The position numbers were made by a program, and so were the translations under genes. DNA of 50,797 bases, taken from Chloroflexota bacterium (GTDB lineage Bacteria; Chloroflexota; Dehalococcoidia; E44-bin15). The notes below the pieces were generated by a model. It was not told where the DNA came from, ran no database searches, and saw only the letters and a list, made by a program, of their open reading frames with translations. The stretch is from contig JAXHUA010000139.1 of the NCBI GenBank assembly GCA_034189695.1, forward strand, positions 1 through 50,797. Reading direction: 5' to 3'. Shown here one piece after another: positions 46,120-50,797 of the stretch (positions are counted from its first letter, which is position 1; each line of letters begins with the position of its first letter).

Positions 46120-48096
46120 GTGGAAACGGCGATGCACTTCGAGGTTGTTTCGGACTTCAAGCCGACGGGAGACCAGCCACAGGCGGTCGACCGGCTGGTT
46201 GAGGGACTGCAGCGTGGCTACAGGCACCAGACACTCCTCGGCGTAACCGGCAGCGGCAAGACCTTCACCATGGCAAACGTCATCGAGCGGGTGCAGCGTC
46301 CCACGCTGGTGATGTCGCACAACAAGACGCTCGCGGCGCAGCTTGCCACGGAGTTCAAGGAGTACTTCCCGGAGAACTCGGTGGAGTACTTCGTTAGCTA
46401 CTACGATTACTACCAGCCCGAGGCATACATCCCGCGCACCGATACCTACATCGAGAAGGAGACCGACATCAACGAGGAGATCGACAAGCTGCGTCATGCA
46501 GCCACGCGGGCGCTCTTCACGCGGAAGGACGTGATCGTTGTCGCCTCGGTGTCCTGCATCTACGGGCTGGGCTCGCCTGAGGAGTACCATTCCTTCGTGG
46601 TCAGCCTGGCAAAGGGTGAGAAGAGGAACAGGGACCGCATCGTGCGCCGGCTGGTGGACATGCAGTACGAGAGAAACGACGTCGATTTCACCCGGGGCCG
46701 CTTCCGGATCAGGGGCGACACGCTGGAGATTCAGCCGGCGTACGAGGAGCTGGCGGTGCGGGTGGAGTTCTGGGGGGACGAGATCGAGCGCATCGTGGAG
46801 GTGGACCCGCTCACCGGCGAACTGCTGGCGGAGCGCGACTCGATAGACATATACCCGGCGAAGCACTTCGTGACGTCCCACGACAAGCTGATTGCGGCTA
46901 TCGAGGACATCAGGGCTGAGCTCCAGGAACGTCTGCAGGAATTGAGGGGGCAGGGGAAGCTGCTGGAGGCGGCGCGGCTTGAGGCGAGGACCAACTACGA
47001 TATCGAGATGCTGCGGGAGGCCGGCTACTGCGCTGGCGTGGAGAACTACTCACGGCACCTGTCGCGCCGGGCGCCGGGGAGCCCACCGTCGACGCTGCTC
47101 GACTATTTTCCCGACGACATGTTGCTTTTCATCGACGAGTCCCACATGACGCTGCCGCAGGTCCGGGGTATGTACCACGGGGACCGCTCGAGGAAAGAGA
47201 CGCTGGTGGAGTACGGGTTCCGTCTGCCGTCGGCGCTCGACAATCGCCCGCTCAACTTCGCGGAGTTCCGGGAGCGGGTGGGCCAGGCGGTGTACGTCTC
47301 GGCGACGCCCGGCCCCTACGAATACGAGCACAGCGAGCAGGTCGTGGAGCAGTTGATCCGGCCCACCGGGCTCCTGGAGCCGCAGGTGGAGATCAAGCCC
47401 ACTCAGGGGCAGATAGATGACCTGATGGAGCAGATACGGGTGCGCGTCCAGCGCGGCGAACGCTGCCTGGTGACCACCCTGACCAAGAGAATGGCGGAGC
47501 AGTTGGCGGACTACCTGCGTGAGATGGGAATGAAGACCCACTACCTGCATTCGGAGGTCGATACGCTGGAGCGGGTGGAGATCCTGCGCGACCTGAGACT
47601 GGGCGTGTACGATGTGGTGGTGGGAATCAACCTGCTGAGGGAAGGGCTCGACCTGCCCGAAGTGAGCCTGGTGGCCATCCTGGATGCGGACAAAGAGGGA
47701 TACCTTCGGTCAAGGGACTCGTTGATCCAGACGATGGGGCGGGCCGCCCGCCATGTGGACGGGCACGTCATCATGTATGCTGACGTCGTCACCGGTTCCA
47801 TGAAGGCGGCCGTCGAGGAGGTGGTGCGGCGACGGAGTATACAGGTGGCATACAACGAGGCTCACGGGATAACACCACAGGGCATAAAAAAGGCCATAAA
47901 GGACATAACTGACAGAGTAAGGGTTGTGGCGGAGAGTCGCACACCTTATACTGTTACTCCTCTTGCGAGAGACGAGATGCTGCGGCTTATAAAGGACCTG
48001 GAGTCACAGATGAGGACAGCGGCCAAGAATCTCGAGTTCGAGAAGGCGGCCCTGTTCAGGGACCGCATCATCGAACTGAGAAAGGAGATGCACTGA
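46120..48096 (+). CDS. uvrB: Excinuclease ABC subunit B
   Basis: [19 protein letters not shown] Walker A, helicase motifs, and the C-terminal UVR domain ([15 protein letters not shown]). GTG 46120 follows GGAGG. Alternative ATG at 46132. Confidence 0.96.
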   Translation: METAMHFEVVSDFKPTGDQPQAVDRLVEGLQRGYRHQTLLGVTGSGKTFTMANVIERVQRPTLVMSHNKTLAAQLATEFKEYFPENSVEYFVSYYDYYQPEAYIPRTDTYIEKETDINEEIDKLRHAATRALFTRKDVIVVASVSCIYGLGSPEEYHSFVVSLAKGEKRNRDRIVRRLVDMQYERNDVDFTRGRFRIRGDTLEIQPAYEELAVRVEFWGDEIERIVEVDPLTGELLAERDSIDIYPAKHFVTSHDKLIAAIEDIRAELQERLQELRGQGKLLEAARLEARTNYDIEMLREAGYCAGVENYSRHLSRRAPGSPPSTLLDYFPDDMLLFIDESHMTLPQVRGMYHGDRSRKETLVEYGFRLPSALDNRPLNFAEFRERVGQAVYVSATPGPYEYEHSEQVVEQLIRPTGLLEPQVEIKPTQGQIDDLMEQIRVRVQRGERCLVTTLTKRMAEQLADYLREMGMKTHYLHSEVDTLERVEILRDLRLGVYDVVVGINLLREGLDLPEVSLVAILDADKEGYLRSRDSLIQTMGRAARHVDGHVIMYADVVTGSMKAAVEEVVRRRSIQVAYNEAHGITPQGIKKAIKDITDRVRVVAESRTPYTVTPLARDEMLRLIKDLESQMRTAAKNLEFEKAALFRDRIIELRKEMH

Positions 48097-49076
48097 TGAG
48101 CACGACGGTCCAGGATTTCAGAGAGCGCATGGAGGACAAACAGAGCGTGTACAAGACTGAAGTCCTTGGCATCAAGCAGATGGGGCCGGGGCGAAACGGC
48201 TATCACCCGCACATTCTTCCCGAGGACTCGTGGTCCCTGAATCTCTGGAAGGACGTATCGTATGACGTGATACAGTGGTTCGCCCAGTCGGAAATCAACT
48301 GGCATGCGCACAAGCACAACATGCTGAGCTCACAGGTAATGTGTGTCAACATCTTCTATCCGCTCAAGCGGCGGCTCGACCTGCTGAAGCCGTGGCTGAC
48401 ACGTCGTTTCGACGTGAAGAACGTGATTGACCTCGATTTCGAGTACGTCGGGTCCGACGACTTCTTCAACGAGGGGGGTGGCCGGGGATGGAAAAGAACC
48501 AGTTCCGACGTGGCCATCACCTGGGAGGACAAAGACAAGAGGAGGAACATGCTCCTCATTGAGTTCAAGTTCACGGAACGCAGCTTTGGGGAGTGCAGGC
48601 AGGACAAGAACCCCGAGCGGAGGCGGTGCCTGTCATCAAGGGCGGTGGTGCGTTCTCCACGGTCGCAGTGCTACAGGGCTCGACGGGGGCGCACCTACTG
48701 GAGCTACATCCTGTCGAGTGAAAGCCCGATCCTCACCGACCGGCTGAGGGCGATGCGGTACTGCCCGTTTCGATACGACTTCTATCAGTTGATGCGCAAG
48801 CAATTGCTGGCCCACGCCATCGAGACCGATTCCAGGCCCGCGTTCAATGCGGTGGACTTCGGGGTGATGTACCACTCGGACAACGAGGAACTGCTGAGGA
48901 TGGACCATCCCTTTGCTGGTGAGAGCCACCCGCTGCGGGCATGGGCCAGTATGTTGAAGAACCCGGACACATTCCACTCCTTCACGGTTCAGGACTTTAT
49001 GCAGAGCATCGACGCCAACCTGCCCGATGACCTGGCTGGCTGGCGCTCTTATCTCAGCGAGAGGTATGGCATTTGA
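48096..49076 (+). CDS. PD-(D/E)xK nuclease-fold protein with a four-Cys insertion (uncharacterised)
   Basis: ATG shares one nt with the uvrB stop (TGATG). D138...E156-F-K158 (SDVAITW...LLIEFKFTE) and a downstream Q231 (YQLMRKQL). An SSQVMCVNIFYPL block lies upstream. Cys167/178/192/223. Confidence 0.55.
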   Translation: MSTTVQDFRERMEDKQSVYKTEVLGIKQMGPGRNGYHPHILPEDSWSLNLWKDVSYDVIQWFAQSEINWHAHKHNMLSSQVMCVNIFYPLKRRLDLLKPWLTRRFDVKNVIDLDFEYVGSDDFFNEGGGRGWKRTSSDVAITWEDKDKRRNMLLIEFKFTERSFGECRQDKNPERRRCLSSRAVVRSPRSQCYRARRGRTYWSYILSSESPILTDRLRAMRYCPFRYDFYQLMRKQLLAHAIETDSRPAFNAVDFGVMYHSDNEELLRMDHPFAGESHPLRAWASMLKNPDTFHSFTVQDFMQSIDANLPDDLAGWRSYLSERYGI

Positions 49077-49254
49077 TGCCCTGTTGACGTTGGGGGATGC
49101 GTCGCAAGCCGTGAACGAAGAGGCGGAGACCAGACAGGAGCGCCGCGAGCGGCGCAAGACCAGGAAGCGGGAGAAGGTGCCTCAGCATGGCAAGAGCCTG
49201 TCGCGGGTGTATCGAGACGCCATTCTCAAACGCCTGAAGAAGATAGGCAAGTAG
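49066..49254 (+). CDS. Possible small basic protein (62 aa, hypothetical)
   Basis: MAFDALLTLGDAS...RQERRERRKTRKREK...KRLKKIGK. Overlaps the preceding stop by 11 nt, with a poor RBS. Ends 6 nt from the convergent acc gene. Confidence 0.25.
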   Translation: MAFDALLTLGDASQAVNEEAETRQERRERRKTRKREKVPQHGKSLSRVYRDAILKRLKKIGK

Positions 49255-49260
49255 GTCGTG

Positions 49261-50797
49261 CTACGTTTGGTTCTTGTCCTGCCCCTCGTCCTTGAGCGGC
49301 ACCTCGTGCGCCCTGGAGGGGAGGTACTCCATGATCCCCTCGACCCTGTCGGCCACATAGTCCTGAATCTGAGCCATGTCTTTCGACAGGGCGGCACTGA
49401 TGCGTGACGTGTAGCGGCCCATACTCCGGAACTTGTCGTATCGAGCCCTGATGAGACTATCGAGCGACGCGCTGCGCACCTGCACCATCTCGCTCAACAG
49501 CACTCTCTTCAGTTGACGCGCCGCCTCATCCGGATCAGTGTGCGCTCCTCCCTTGGGCTCAGCCACTACCACGTCCACCACGCCAAGGTCGAGGCAGTCC
49601 TTGGCGGTCAGCCTCAACGCCGGAGCCACTTCGGCTGCCTTGCTCTCGTCGTGGTACAGGAGTGTGGCGGCTCTCTCGGGCGGCATCACCGAGAATATGG
49701 CGTTCTCCAGCATCAGGACACGGTCGGCTACCCCGGTGGCCAGCGCCCCCTTGCTGCCCCCTTCGCCGATAATCACGGAGATCGTCGGAGTTCCCAGGTC
49801 GGACATTATGGCGAGGCATCGAGCGATGGCGTTGCCCAGTCCCCGCTCTTCTGCGTCGAGTCCCGGATAGGCGCCAGGGGTGTCGATAAAGGTGATGAGG
49901 GTAAGGCGGAACTTGGCAGCGAGGAACATCGCCCGCTGAGCCTTGCGAAAGCCCTCCGGATGGGCACGGCCGTGGTTCCTCATCTCGCCGTCGTGACCGC
50001 GCTCCTGGGCGATGACTACGACGGCTTCCCCACCGATGTCAGCCAGGCCGCATACGATGGCGGGGTCGTCGCGGAAGTAGCGGTCCCCGTGGAGTTCGAT
50101 GAAGCTCGAGGCGATGCGGCTCACGTAGTCCAGCGAGGTGGGACGTTCACGGTGACGGGCCAACTGGACGCTCTGCCAGGCCGACTCCCGTTGAGGCACG
50201 ATGGGAGGGTAGGGGCCGAAGCGACGTGTTATGGCCAGCCGGTACTGGGAGGAGAGGAGGTCGAGCATGGTGGCCAGCAGCCCACGCAGGTTGCTGCGCT
50301 CCACCACGCAGTCGACCATGCCGTGCTTCAGGTGTGATTCGGCGGTGTGTGAGTCGCGGGGCAATTCTCTCCCCTCGGTCTCCTCGACCACCTTGATCGG
50401 CGCGAAGCCGAGGAGGGCGTGTGGCTCGGCGATGATTATGTCGCCCAGGTTGGCGAAGCTGGCGTACACGTCTCCGGTGGTGGGGTTGGTGAGGACCGAT
50501 ATGAAGGGAAGACGTGCCGAGTGCAGACGCCTGGCGGCCGCTGCTGTCTTCGCCGTCTGCATCAGTGCCAGCACTCCCTCCTGGACCCTCACACCACCGC
50601 TGGAGACGACGGCTACAAGGGGCAGCTTCTTCTTCACCGCGTGTTCGAAGGCGAGGGCCACCTTCTCGCCGACGACGCAGCCCATGCTTCCCGCGAGGAA
50701 GCTGAAGTCGAGCACCACGATGACGGTGAGCGTGCCCTCGATCTGGCATACTCCGGTGACGACCGCCTCGCGCAGCCCTGTCGCCTTCTGCGCGTCG
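49261..50797 (-). CDS. accD: Acetyl-CoA carboxylase carboxyltransferase, fused beta (AccD) + alpha (AccA) subunits; 5' end outside the window
   Basis: The frame stays open to the right edge. The AccD block FSFLAGSMGCVVGEK...SSGGVRVQEG...NPTTGDVYASFA is followed in the same ORF by the AccA block FIELHGDR...FIDTPGAYPG..AEERG..IGEGGSKGAL. Confidence 0.85.
   Translation of the reverse strand, partial: DAQKATGLREAVVTGVCQIEGTLTVIVVLDFSFLAGSMGCVVGEKVALAFEHAVKKKLPLVAVVSSGGVRVQEGVLALMQTAKTAAAARRLHSARLPFISVLTNPTTGDVYASFANLGDIIIAEPHALLGFAPIKVVEETEGRELPRDSHTAESHLKHGMVDCVVERSNLRGLLATMLDLLSSQYRLAITRRFGPYPPIVPQRESAWQSVQLARHRERPTSLDYVSRIASSFIELHGDRYFRDDPAIVCGLADIGGEAVVVIAQERGHDGEMRNHGRAHPEGFRKAQRAMFLAAKFRLTLITFIDTPGAYPGLDAEERGLGNAIARCLAIMSDLGTPTISVIIGEGGSKGALATGVADRVLMLENAIFSVMPPERAATLLYHDESKAAEVAPALRLTAKDCLDLGVVDVVVAEPKGGAHTDPDEAARQLKRVLLSEMVQVRSASLDSLIRARYDKFRSMGRYTSRISAALSKDMAQIQDYVADRVEGIMEYLPSRAHEVPLKDEGQDKNQT

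Overview
High-GC (roughly 60%) chromosomal segment with dense, mostly housekeeping content. The gene set (heliorhodopsin, DUF5679, phosphatidylinositol-phosphate synthase, Fur/Nur-like regulator) suggests a monoderm-type lineage such as Chloroflexota or Actinomycetota, but this is inference only. Left to right: a 988-aa nuclease-like/N6-adenine methyltransferase fusion, xth, a flavoprotein, pfk-fba, a heliorhodopsin, and a TetR/Fe-S/DUF169 operon with an acyl-CoA ligase. Next is a ~10 kb metal-uptake block: a CbiMQO-type ECF transporter, a NikABCDE-type ABC transporter with an embedded TrmO-like gene, and a Fur-family regulator. Then come an inositol-lipid cluster (ino1, two PHP phosphoesterases, a GT4 and a PIP synthase), a secreted HExxH peptidase coupled to prfB (programmed +1 frameshift visible), nfi, and rpsP-KH-rimM. 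The rest is a complete F1Fo ATP synthase operon, a DUF151 nuclease with a Zn-ribbon partner, DUF951-pyrF, yebC, a Trm112-like methyltransferase, a hypothetical protein with a HEPN-like C-terminus, a CaCA-type membrane protein, uvrB translationally coupled to a PD-(D/E)xK-like protein, and a fused accD-accA running off the right edge. I saw no tRNA, rRNA, CRISPR array, transposase or integrase. There is no obvious large novel system. The best leads are: (1) the ino1-PHP-GT4-PIP synthase operon, where the PHP enzyme is a candidate for the unassigned PIP or inositol-glycoside phosphatase step; (2) the uvrB-coupled four-Cys nuclease-fold protein with a small basic ORF; (3) the heliorhodopsin preceded by a tandem 81-nt hairpin repeat; (4) the TrmO-like SAM-binding protein inside the Ni-type ABC operon; (5) a consensus promoter plus intrinsic terminator mini-unit just ahead of the atp operon. 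Family calls rest on motifs read by eye and remembered family signatures; no searches were run.
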